Source of the DNA: an uncultured Methanosarcinales archaeon
GTDB taxonomy: Archaea > Nanobdellota > Nanobdellia > Woesearchaeales > ARS49
NCBI GenBank assembly: GCA_964362535.1
Contig: CAYIEN010000005.1
Coordinates: 1,320 to 65,319 of the forward strand
Direction of reading: 5' to 3'
Length of the DNA: 64,000 nucleotides
The translations under genes and the position numbers were made by a program. The first letter of the stretch is position 1. Each line of letters begins with the position of its first letter. Shown here piece by piece: positions 16,291 to 23,798 of the stretch. Below the pieces are notes generated by a model. It worked only from the letters and a program-made list of their open reading frames with translations, ran no database searches and had not been told where the DNA came from.

Positions 16291-16962
16291 ATGCGCATCG
16301 ATCTTCCCGTTCCGTTGGTTTTGCAGGAGAAAGATTCGGTGGAGTGCGGTCTTGCGGGACTATCGATGCTTTATGGATTCTATGGAAAAAGCAAAACAAT
16401 TGCTGAACTGAAGGAACACATCAAAATCCATGCTGTTGGAACGTATGCGCCGCAACTCGGGACATTTCTGAGAAAAGACGGATTTCACGTAGAAATCATC
16501 ACGCACCATCCATCGCTTTTCGTAAAAAAAGAACAACAACTCTCACAAGAAGAACTCAAAGAAAAATTCAAATTGTCGTTAGAAAAACAACAAACAGAAA
16601 ATGTCAAAAACGTACTGCAATACTTTCATGAATTTCTCGAAAACAAAGGAAAATTGACAGTTAAGATTCCGACGCCTGATGACGTTATTTTTCAGTTAAA
16701 GCAAGGCCATCCGGTCGGTGCCCTAGTGACGAGTAATTTTGTTCATGGTTCCAAAGCGGTTTTTAATTACCATTTTCTTCTTATCCGAGGCGTTACCGAA
16801 ACGGGATTCATTGTGAATGATCCTATTCCTGACGAACGTGGCGGCGTGAAGGAATACACGTTTGACGAGTTCAGATATGCGCTGTATGCAAGTGCTGCAG
16901 GAGACTTAGACAACGCATCACTATTCATTGCCTATCCTGACGTGCATACTCGACCAGCATAA
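16291..16962 (+). CDS. peptidase C39-like papain-fold cysteine peptidase (stand-alone)
   Basis: 223 aa. QEKDSVECGLAGLSMLYGFYG (oxyanion Gln + catalytic Cys) and HFLLIRGVTETGFIVNDP (His/Asp). GGAGGTG SD upstream. Confidence 0.6.
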   Translation: MRIDLPVPLVLQEKDSVECGLAGLSMLYGFYGKSKTIAELKEHIKIHAVGTYAPQLGTFLRKDGFHVEIITHHPSLFVKKEQQLSQEELKEKFKLSLEKQQTENVKNVLQYFHEFLENKGKLTVKIPTPDDVIFQLKQGHPVGALVTSNFVHGSKAVFNYHFLLIRGVTETGFIVNDPIPDERGGVKEYTFDEFRYALYASAAGDLDNASLFIAYPDVHTRPA

Positions 16963-16994
16963 ACTATTTAAACAAGAAACGCTCTCGAAAAAGC

Positions 16995-17159
16995 GTGACA
17001 AAGAACAAGTTTTGGTGCACATCGTGCAAGTACAAATTCGAGCGTAACCTGAAGCCTAACTTGTGTCCGTATTGCGGCAAGGGTGCTGTTGAAGCCAACT
17101 TGTCCCGCGGAGCAGAAGATTTGCTCAGAGAAGTTTCTCAGATTGGGAATGACGAATAA
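16995..17159 (+). CDS. small zinc-ribbon protein (54 aa, GTG start, absent from track)
   Basis: Own translation VTKNKFWCTSCKYKFERNLKPNLCPYCGKGAVEANLSRGAEDLLREVSQIGNDE, with CxxC...CxxC. TATTTAAA box ends 23 nt upstream of the GTG. Confidence 0.5.
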   Translation: MTKNKFWCTSCKYKFERNLKPNLCPYCGKGAVEANLSRGAEDLLREVSQIGNDE

Positions 17160-17162
17160 ACG

Positions 17163-17223
17163 TCTCATTTTTATTTAGTATTCTTTCTTCTAGAAAACAA
17201 AAAGAAATAATAAAAAAGAAGAA
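17163..17223. terminator. T-/A-rich bidirectional terminator region
   Basis: catttttatttagtattctttcttc ... aaaaagaaataataaaaaagaagaa between convergent genes. Confidence 0.3.
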
Positions 17224-18315
17224 TTACTGCGTAGGTTGTGTAACCAATTGTCCGTTGGTCAAGTTCTTTGCTGTTGTGCCGGGCAATAATTCAGTGTGTC
17301 TGAACACGTAAATATTGTTCTCAGCGGTTCCGACTTGGGACCAGACTTGTTGCAACGAAGGATAGAGTTGCGGGTCTCCCGTCATGACGATGGTGGGGAT
17401 CATTTCTATCTTGTTTGTCGCAATCAATTCTTTTGCTTCCGCACTTGAAACGTCAAGTGTTTTTTCGGTGTAGGGTTTGATGCCGAAGCCGAGCAGGATT
17501 TGTTTGTGCATGCTGACGTCGTAACAGGTGGTGCAGGTCGCGTCAACGAGGTTGATGAGGTTGACGTGTCCTCTGACCATTTTTGTTGCCAAATCGTAGT
17601 AGGGTGGCGCGATGGTTCGTAGAACAAACAATCCATCGGGGGCGATGTCTCCTGCTTGCTCCCAGGTTTGCGTGATGAGTTCGTATTCGGCAGCATCTGG
17701 TGATAACACAACGGCAGGAAGCTTCGTTAATGAATATGCCGCTATCATGCGCTTGCCGTCTTCGCTGGATGCCGTGTATTTTGTTTCCGAAGCGACAAAC
17801 ACTCCTGCGCTCTCGAGTTGTGCGCCAAGAACGGTAATGTTTCCACAGTCAGTACAGGTTCCTGCGTCTGCAAGAACATAGGTAATGGCAACTTTGCCTT
17901 TGACCGTGCTGCTTTGTACATCATAATAGGGTGCGGGTGAGTCAATCAACAAGACGCTTCCTGATTTGCGCGTGCCTTCAAGGGCAAGTGCGGAAGTATC
18001 TCCTTCGATGACAATGGCGGGCAATCGAGTGATGTTGTTCTCGGTTGCGAGTCGTTGCGCGTGCGCGTCAGTAATAGCGAGTTCTTGGGAGTTCTCCACT
18101 TTGTAGGTAGTACCCTTCAACAATTCAGCATAAACGGATTGCATATCAAAACAATCAGTACAATCTGCCGTGATCAAAGTAACTTCAATTTTGGGCAGTT
18201 TCGGTTCTGAAGCAGAACCAATGCCGGCGATTTGGTATGCGTTGAAGAGCATGACGACACCAATAAGACAAGCTAATACGATGTGGATTGGTCCGAATGT
18301 TTTTGTGTGTTCCAT
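17224..18315 (-). CDS. membrane-anchored protein with three tandem thioredoxin-like CxxC modules
   Basis: N-terminal TM. Three ~110-aa repeats, each with CTDC/CTDC/CTTC followed ~50 aa later by (L/I)P(A/T)(I/V)V and then PPYYD. Confidence 0.55.
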   Translation of the reverse strand: MEHTKTFGPIHIVLACLIGVVMLFNAYQIAGIGSASEPKLPKIEVTLITADCTDCFDMQSVYAELLKGTTYKVENSQELAITDAHAQRLATENNITRLPAIVIEGDTSALALEGTRKSGSVLLIDSPAPYYDVQSSTVKGKVAITYVLADAGTCTDCGNITVLGAQLESAGVFVASETKYTASSEDGKRMIAAYSLTKLPAVVLSPDAAEYELITQTWEQAGDIAPDGLFVLRTIAPPYYDLATKMVRGHVNLINLVDATCTTCYDVSMHKQILLGFGIKPYTEKTLDVSSAEAKELIATNKIEMIPTIVMTGDPQLYPSLQQVWSQVGTAENNIYVFRHTELLPGTTAKNLTNGQLVTQPTQ

Positions 18316-18324
18316 GTGTATACC

Positions 18325-18753
18325 TCAGAGTGGGCAGCCCGTTAGTGCAGACAATCGTTCAAGGGACTGGACGTTTTCGTACATTTGTCCGTTTATCTGC
18401 CACGTGGGTGTTTTTTTGATGTTGGGACCGTTGGTGTGGTCCTCGTACGTGATGAATTTGAAGCTTTTGCCGAACATGCCTGCTTGGTCTTGGGTGTAGC
18501 TGCACCATTCGATTGCGCCATACATGACTGCGTCTTTCTCTGATAAGCATTTTGCGAAAGAGTCGAGTCTGCCAGGCATCGCGAATGCGATTCCTGCAAT
18601 GAGCAAAACCAGCGTGAGCACGATGCCGCTTGTCCAATAGATTTTTTTGCGTCGAGACGCATGAGCTGAGTTTTTTGCCTGTAATGCCGCGTCGCGTTCT
18701 GCGTTGCGCTGGACTTGTTTCAGGCGTAGCTCTTCATGTCGGGAAGTATCCAT
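18325..18753 (-). CDS. membrane-anchored thioredoxin-like protein with degenerate active site
   Basis: TM at 40-58. FAKCLSEKDAVMYGAIEWCSYTQDQAGMFG...TPTWQINGQ...LTGC resembles the VKOR-associated Trx-like domain, but WCPHC is replaced by WCSYT. Confidence 0.5.
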   Translation of the reverse strand: MDTSRHEELRLKQVQRNAERDAALQAKNSAHASRRKKIYWTSGIVLTLVLLIAGIAFAMPGRLDSFAKCLSEKDAVMYGAIEWCSYTQDQAGMFGKSFKFITYEDHTNGPNIKKTPTWQINGQMYENVQSLERLSALTGCPL

Positions 18754-18798
18754 TTATCCTCAGTTCTTTTTTCGTAAATAAAGTGAAATAAAACAAAT

Positions 18799-18987
18799 CT
18801 ATAGTGCTACGGATTCGTCTGTTGTTTCCGCGCAGGGGTCTTCAGTAGTTACTGAAGCGCCGACTCCGCATCCGCCGCCGACCGGTCCTGAGGCAGGTGT
18901 GTATGTTGCTTGACCAGTGGTGCATCCGCTGACGAAGACGAGCCCGATGATTGCGAGCACGAAGATTACTGTTCCGAGTTTGTTCAT
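18799..18987 (-). CDS. small lipobox lipoprotein (62 aa)
   Basis: Start at MNKLGTVIFVLAIIGLVFVSGC (lipobox VSGC). Mature part has GGGCG and DPC cysteines. Confidence 0.45.
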   Translation of the reverse strand: MNKLGTVIFVLAIIGLVFVSGCTTGQATYTPASGPVGGGCGVGASVTTEDPCAETTDESVAL

Positions 18988-18997
18988 GTTAGATACC

Positions 18998-19195
18998 TCA
19001 ACATCCGCCAACCATTGTTGGGAGATTCTGTAGTCCGGAGGGCACGTTGGAGCCACCGGATGTTCCTGTCGAGCTGACTTTGAAGGTTCCGCCCGCTATT
19101 TTTTGCTTGATGTCGTTGATTTGGAATGCTTGCGCGACGCTGATGACGAGCAATACTGCCAGAACAACTGCGATGATGATGTTTGTTTTTTTCAT
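18998..19195 (-). CDS. small signal-anchored protein ending LPTMVGGC
   Basis: 65 aa, one N-terminal TM. C-terminus is shared with the next gene. Confidence 0.5.
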   Translation of the reverse strand: MKKTNIIIAVVLAVLLVISVAQAFQINDIKQKIAGGTFKVSSTGTSGGSNVPSGLQNLPTMVGGC

Positions 19196-19286
19196 TGTTG
19201 TGTACCTCGCTAAAATGAACTTAGCAGCCCCCTACATATGCCGACGTGCTGTCGGCAAAGTTGTAGGTTGCGCAAATAAAAACCAT

Positions 19287-20114
19287 TTAGCAACCTCCAA
19301 CCATATTGGGCAAGTCTGCGCCGATGTCTGTTGATCCGGCATTGATTTTTTTGAGTAGTTGTACGTCGTTGAGCGCTGCGGGGGTTAACTCCATGTTGTT
19401 GTTGACAAGTGCAACGCCTTTTTCAACCATGTTTTTCGGGAAAAAGATGGATTTCCATCGCGTGACTTCCCAATAGATTTGTTCATCGGTCCAGTCGCCA
19501 GAATGCTGGGTGACTAAATACTTTGTGAGTCCGCGGATGGCAAGTGCGTGTGAGCATCCGCAAAGGTCGCGTCCGTTTGCGTCAGCGACGGCAGGTGCTG
19601 AGCAGCAGTATTCGCAGGAGATTTTGCTGACGGTGGAAACGTATCTTGTTTTTTGTTCGGGAGTTAGAGCGGAAGTGGCGATGGCACGGTCGAGTCGTGC
19701 GAGAACGGTGAGGCTGGGAACGGGGTCGTCGAACGAGACGCCAAGTTCTGTGCCGTATTGTTCGGGTGTGCCTGTGGGGATCATTGCTTTGATGACTTCG
19801 TTGACGACGTCGTCGTTTGCGTCGAGTTTGATGCTGCCGCTGGTTTTGTCCGCGGTCGGTCCGGCAAATCCTGTTCCGCCAGTGCCTCCCGATCCCAACT
19901 GCATGAGTTGGATGCCGTTAAAGACAACAACAAGAGCGATAACTGCAATAAGCAAATAGCTTAAACGTTCGATATTGGAAGAAGGTTCGTGATGTGTTGC
20001 GTGGTGTTTCGGTGAAGCGCTGGGCGTGGTTGCCTTTGCGTGTTCGTGAGCGTGTTCAGAGTGCGCGTGCGGCGCGTTTGGGTCTTCGTCTGGCTGAAAT
20101 ACTTTGATTGGCAT
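19287..20114 (-). CDS. membrane protein with His-rich N-tail and Cys-cluster ectodomain, ending LPNMVGGC
   Basis: Start at MPIKVFQPDE behind AAGGGGG. HAHSEHAHEH...HHATHH, one TM, CEYCC...CGCSHA. The longer track ORF runs through the promoter region. Confidence 0.55.
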   Translation of the reverse strand: MPIKVFQPDEDPNAPHAHSEHAHEHAKATTPSASPKHHATHHEPSSNIERLSYLLIAVIALVVVFNGIQLMQLGSGGTGGTGFAGPTADKTSGSIKLDANDDVVNEVIKAMIPTGTPEQYGTELGVSFDDPVPSLTVLARLDRAIATSALTPEQKTRYVSTVSKISCEYCCSAPAVADANGRDLCGCSHALAIRGLTKYLVTQHSGDWTDEQIYWEVTRWKSIFFPKNMVEKGVALVNNNMELTPAALNDVQLLKKINAGSTDIGADLPNMVGGC

Positions 20115-20225
20115 GTGTTTCCCCCTTTGGAATTTGTGTTCGTTGTTCGTATATAAAGATTGTGATGGAGCAGTTTTCTGTTGATTTTGTCCGTTTCTTG
20201 TATGAACTTCTTTTTTTACGCTAAC

Positions 20226-20243
20226 CGTTACAATGTTCGTAAC
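20226..20243. promoter_or_regulatory. putative operator copy 1 (inverted repeat GTTAC-N7-GTAAC)
   Basis: cgttacaatgttcgtaac in the divergent intergenic region. Confidence 0.4.
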
Positions 20244-20270
20244 ATAACGCATATTTAAATGTTGTGAATG

Positions 20271-20287
20271 CGTTACAACGTTCGTAA
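20271..20287. promoter_or_regulatory. putative operator copy 2, abutting the blaI-like TATA box
   Basis: cgttacaacgttcgtaa, 16/17 identical to copy 1. TATTTAAG at 20290-20297 lies 23 nt before the ATG at 20320. Confidence 0.4.
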
Positions 20288-20319
20288 AGTATTTAAGTAA
20301 CGTCAGTATTAGGAAAGAC

Positions 20320-20676
20320 ATGAAAGAATTAGTAACAAAATTTGACGACATTCTCAGTCCGTTAGAGTCTGATGTGCTCGCAATCATTTGGCCAAACAAA
20401 CAAATGAAGGTGCGAGAGATTTACGAGCAACTCAAGAAAAAAAGAAAAGTCGCGTTGAGTTCAGTTGCCGTGATTCTTGACCGTTTGCATGACAAAAAGA
20501 TCGTGATGCGCACGGAAGAAGTCGCGCGTGGCGGAACAAGATATACTTACTCGCCTGCGGAAGACAAGAAGACGTTTGAAAAGAACGTTGTTGAAGAAGC
20601 AGTTAACAATCTCATAGAGTCTTTTGGTCCGGTTGCAGTGAATTATTTCAACGACCGATTCAGTAAAAAGAAGTGA
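20320..20676 (+). CDS. BlaI/MecI/CopY-family winged-helix repressor
   Basis: 118 aa. LSPLESDVLAIIW...REIYEQL...LSSVAVILDRLHDKKIV pattern. No C-terminal CxC metal motif. Confidence 0.8.
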   Translation: MKELVTKFDDILSPLESDVLAIIWPNKQMKVREIYEQLKKKRKVALSSVAVILDRLHDKKIVMRTEEVARGGTRYTYSPAEDKKTFEKNVVEEAVNNLIESFGPVAVNYFNDRFSKKK

Positions 20677-20679
20677 ACA

Positions 20680-21405
20680 ATGAACCTTGCTGACTTGATT
20701 GTGATTTTTGCGCAGAGTCCGACCTATGTAATGCTCACAATATTGACGTTGTTGAGCGCGTTTATCGTGTTGGTGTTTGCGCGCAGAAAAACACTTCCTG
20801 TCACGACACGAGTGTTTTTGATTTACGTGCATCTCGCGTTGTTGGTTGTTCCTGTTGCGTTGTTCGCGTACTCCAGCGGTTGCGCCATGCCAATGGTTGA
20901 TTGTACTTGGAAAACGACGCTTTATGCAGCGCCGTTCATTTTGCTCGGCCTGATCGCGACGGCAGGCATCATCGGATACTTTGTGCTTCCCCGAATGTAC
21001 AGCAAGAACGCGGTAAAGTCAGAAGATAACTCCTTGTTAAGATTCATCAAGCATCATTCGACAAAACACAATCTCAAAACGCCTGAATTATTCCTTGTTG
21101 ATTCGCGCGTGCCGATGGCGTTTAGCTTTTCGGCGTTCAAGCCGTCAATGTATCTATCTATAGGATTGATGGATTTGCTCGAGCGCAAGGAACTTGAGGC
21201 AGTTATTTTGCACGAGATTGGTCATTTGCATCACAAGAGCGCATTACTAAAGTTCTCATCGCATTTTGTGCGTTGGTTTAGTCCGATTGCGCATTTTGGC
21301 AAGAACACGATTGTGGATGAGGAAGAACATATTGCAGATGTGTTCGCGATCGACGCGCAAGGCACGGATAAGTATTTGACCGCAGCATATGAGAAAGTGA
21401 GATAA
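20680..21405 (+). CDS. BlaR1-like M56/M48 membrane zinc metalloprotease (no sensor domain)
   Basis: 241 aa, 3-4 N-terminal TMs, HEIGH zinc motif (ILHEIGHLHH). Starts 4 nt after the repressor stop. Confidence 0.7.
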   Translation: MNLADLIVIFAQSPTYVMLTILTLLSAFIVLVFARRKTLPVTTRVFLIYVHLALLVVPVALFAYSSGCAMPMVDCTWKTTLYAAPFILLGLIATAGIIGYFVLPRMYSKNAVKSEDNSLLRFIKHHSTKHNLKTPELFLVDSRVPMAFSFSAFKPSMYLSIGLMDLLERKELEAVILHEIGHLHHKSALLKFSSHFVRWFSPIAHFGKNTIVDEEEHIADVFAIDAQGTDKYLTAAYEKVR

Positions 21406-21423
21406 AAAGAACTAATTCTTACT

Positions 21424-21585
21424 TTAAACGTCTCGTGCTAAAACAGTGCGTCGGTTGTTTTCTTTCGCGCGTCGGATTGCTTCTTTGACGACATGTTCAG
21501 TATACTTGTCGAGCGCCGCAATAAAGTCGCCGCCGACATTAATCTCGCCACAAATTTCTTTGACTTTTGATTTGACAATCAGCAT
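21424..21585 (-). CDS. DUF1931-type histone-fold-like small protein (53 aa, absent from track)
   Basis: Own translation MLIVKSKVKEICGEINVGGDFIAALDKYTEHVVKEAIRRAKENNRRTVLARDV. GGGTGA SD 6 nt upstream. Confidence 0.55.
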   Translation of the reverse strand: MLIVKSKVKEICGEINVGGDFIAALDKYTEHVVKEAIRRAKENNRRTVLARDV

Positions 21586-21646
21586 GGTATCACCCTTTGG
21601 TTATCTTCTATGTATTATTGAGTCATTAAGAGAATAAAAAGCTTTC

Positions 21647-22066
21647 TTACTGGAACTTGGTTACGTCGCCATGCAAGATGGTTGGTTTCATCACGTCAAG
21701 CTCCAATGCGTACGGGGCAGTTGATTCGTATTGGTTCAAAAGGGTTATTTTCTTTTTGAGATAGTATGCAACGCCTAATTCCATCAACACAGAAGTTCCA
21801 AGATAGCCTTTGATTCCTTTTTTGTCATGATTAAGGACAAGAACTTGGTCTGCGGACGCGACTTTGTCAAGGCAGCTGCGCATGACGTCCTTTGCTCCTG
21901 CAACATGCAATTCTCCTTCTTTTGTTTCTTTGTGGTGGGGGTTTGTTGCGTAAATTTCCGCATCTTCCTCCATAATAACCGTAAAACCTTTCTTTAAGAG
22001 CAACTTTTTTGCTTCGACCATTTCTTTCGCGAACGAAAAACTTGCGAGAATCATTACTTTGTTCAT
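21647..22066 (-). CDS. nucleoside 2-deoxyribosyltransferase-like Rossmann protein (tentative)
   Basis: 139 aa. GYLGTSVLMELGVAYYLKKKI resembles the NDT-like family C-terminal block. 4-nt overlap with gltX. Confidence 0.35.
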   Translation of the reverse strand: MNKVMILASFSFAKEMVEAKKLLLKKGFTVIMEEDAEIYATNPHHKETKEGELHVAGAKDVMRSCLDKVASADQVLVLNHDKKGIKGYLGTSVLMELGVAYYLKKKITLLNQYESTAPYALELDVMKPTILHGDVTKFQ

Positions 22067-23754
22067 TTGTGCGTATACCAGAACCAGACTTTGTTTTTGT
22101 CGATTTTGTCTACGCGGCAGAATCCGAAGCGTTCCAATTGAACGACGTCGTTGACTTTGAGCTTTCGCAAATCATGCTCTCCGAGTCCCTTAACAGTCGT
22201 CGCATCAGGCATCAAGACTTCAACTTCGGTTAAATCGTGCTGGTGTTCGGCTGGCAACCAGTGCATGTTGCGTTCGCCTTTTTCTTTGTAAACGGTAACA
22301 TCCTGTGAGTCAAACGCAAATCCTTTTGCTGTTTTGACGAAGTTGCAGCACTCCATTAAGCGGTACAGTTTCTTCAACTGCAAGTCATCAAAGTCTTTTC
22401 TTGCAATGAGGAATTTGTCATGCGCGATTAATGTTCTTGTTCCTCGCTCAGGATGGTCTGGGTGTAAATTAAACAGGACTGTTCGTGAAGGGTTTTTGTC
22501 AATCGTAATCTCGACAGGGTCTTCGACGAAGAAGTATCTGTTTGTTTTGGGGTCGATGAGTTTGCGGTTGATGCTTGCGATTGCTGTCCAGTCAATGTTT
22601 GCTTGGTCGCGCTTCAAACCAACTTCCATAACTAATTCGTGCAGTGTCGCGGGTTCGATTCCTCGGCGACGCAATGCTTTGAGTGTAACCAATCGCGGGT
22701 CGTCCCAGCCAAGCATTTTGCCTGACTCAATTAACTCTCGGATTTCTCTGCCTTGCGTGGTGGAACCGATGACGTTGAAGCGACCGAACTCAAAAATGTT
22801 CAGCTCTCGATAACCAAGAATTTTGCGTAGCCAGTCGTGGAGTTCTGCGCGTAAGACAAATTCTGCCGAACGCATAACGTGAGTGATGCCTCCGTGTTCT
22901 TCTTCAACAACGCTTGCCATGTCGTAGAGCGGCCACAGACAGTATTTGTTCGCTGTTCGATAGTGCGCATGCGTATCCAAGCGATACAATACCGGGTCTC
23001 GGAGGATGCCATTTTTGGAGTTCATGTCTCCTTTGAATCGGATGGTGACTTCTCCTTCTTTGTATTTTTTGTCGAGGATGTCTTTCCAAATTTTGAGGTT
23101 TTCGTTTGGATCTGAAGTTCGGTGTGCGCAGGCCACTCCTTTGTGTCGTAAATCGCGCATGATTTCTTGGTTGCAGAAGCAGGCGTAGGCGTGGTTGCTG
23201 CGAATGAGTTGTTCGCCGGCGTTGTAGAACAAGAGCATGTCATCGGACATGATGGTTTCTTTGCTGGGCGTGATGCCGAGCCAATGAATATCTTCGCGGA
23301 TTGCTTCGAGGAATTCTTGCGTTGATTTTTCTGGGTTGGTGTCTTCGAAGCGAAGGATGCACTTTCCGCCGTATTTTTGGGCGAATTTGTAGCTGACCAG
23401 GAATGCGAGGGCGTGGCCGACGTGAGGGTATTTGCTGGGCTCAGGAGGAATGCGAGTCACAACTTTTCCTTGGACTGCGTTGGGCAGTTCGGGCAATTCG
23501 CGAGGTTTTTCTTCAACCTTTTTTTCTTCAAGCAATTCAGGAGCGGTTTCTTGGAGTTCTTTCAACTGCGCGTCGGGTTTCATCGCGTTGACTTCTTTGA
23601 TAACCGAAGCGATGTCTTTCGCAAGGGTCTTCATTTGGTCTTTCAATGAAGCATCCATGCCGAGTAATTTGCCGATGACGGAGCCTTGGCTGGCTTTGCC
23701 TGCGTACTTGATGGCGTTTTGGAGTGCGTATTTACGGATGGTGCTTGTGTCCAT
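22063..23754 (-). CDS. gltX: glutamyl-tRNA synthetase, archaeal type
   Basis: 563 aa. N-terminal IRKYALQNAIKYAGKA domain, HIGH-type PHVGHA, RFEDTNPE block. Confidence 0.9.
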   Translation of the reverse strand: MDTSTIRKYALQNAIKYAGKASQGSVIGKLLGMDASLKDQMKTLAKDIASVIKEVNAMKPDAQLKELQETAPELLEEKKVEEKPRELPELPNAVQGKVVTRIPPEPSKYPHVGHALAFLVSYKFAQKYGGKCILRFEDTNPEKSTQEFLEAIREDIHWLGITPSKETIMSDDMLLFYNAGEQLIRSNHAYACFCNQEIMRDLRHKGVACAHRTSDPNENLKIWKDILDKKYKEGEVTIRFKGDMNSKNGILRDPVLYRLDTHAHYRTANKYCLWPLYDMASVVEEEHGGITHVMRSAEFVLRAELHDWLRKILGYRELNIFEFGRFNVIGSTTQGREIRELIESGKMLGWDDPRLVTLKALRRRGIEPATLHELVMEVGLKRDQANIDWTAIASINRKLIDPKTNRYFFVEDPVEITIDKNPSRTVLFNLHPDHPERGTRTLIAHDKFLIARKDFDDLQLKKLYRLMECCNFVKTAKGFAFDSQDVTVYKEKGERNMHWLPAEHQHDLTEVEVLMPDATTVKGLGEHDLRKLKVNDVVQLERFGFCRVDKIDKNKVWFWYTHK

Positions 23755-23774
23755 AGTGTTGTCTCGAGAAAGAT

Positions 23775-23792
23775 GGTATTTAAAGGTTGCTT
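23775..23792 (-). promoter_or_regulatory. BRE/TATA promoter of gltX (leaderless geometry)
   Basis: Minus strand AAGCAACCTTTAAATACC. TATA edge is 23 nt from the ATG. Confidence 0.6.
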
Positions 23793-23798
23793 ACTAAA

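Noticed and set aside
21446-21637. 63-aa plus-strand ORF.
   Set aside because: The opposite strand encodes a DUF1931-like protein with a strong SD. The plus-strand product is low-complexity (S/L/I-rich).
22651-22664. tRNA-like T-loop string gggttcgattcctc.
   Set aside because: It lies inside the gltX coding frame. The flanking bases do not form a T-stem or the other cloverleaf arms.
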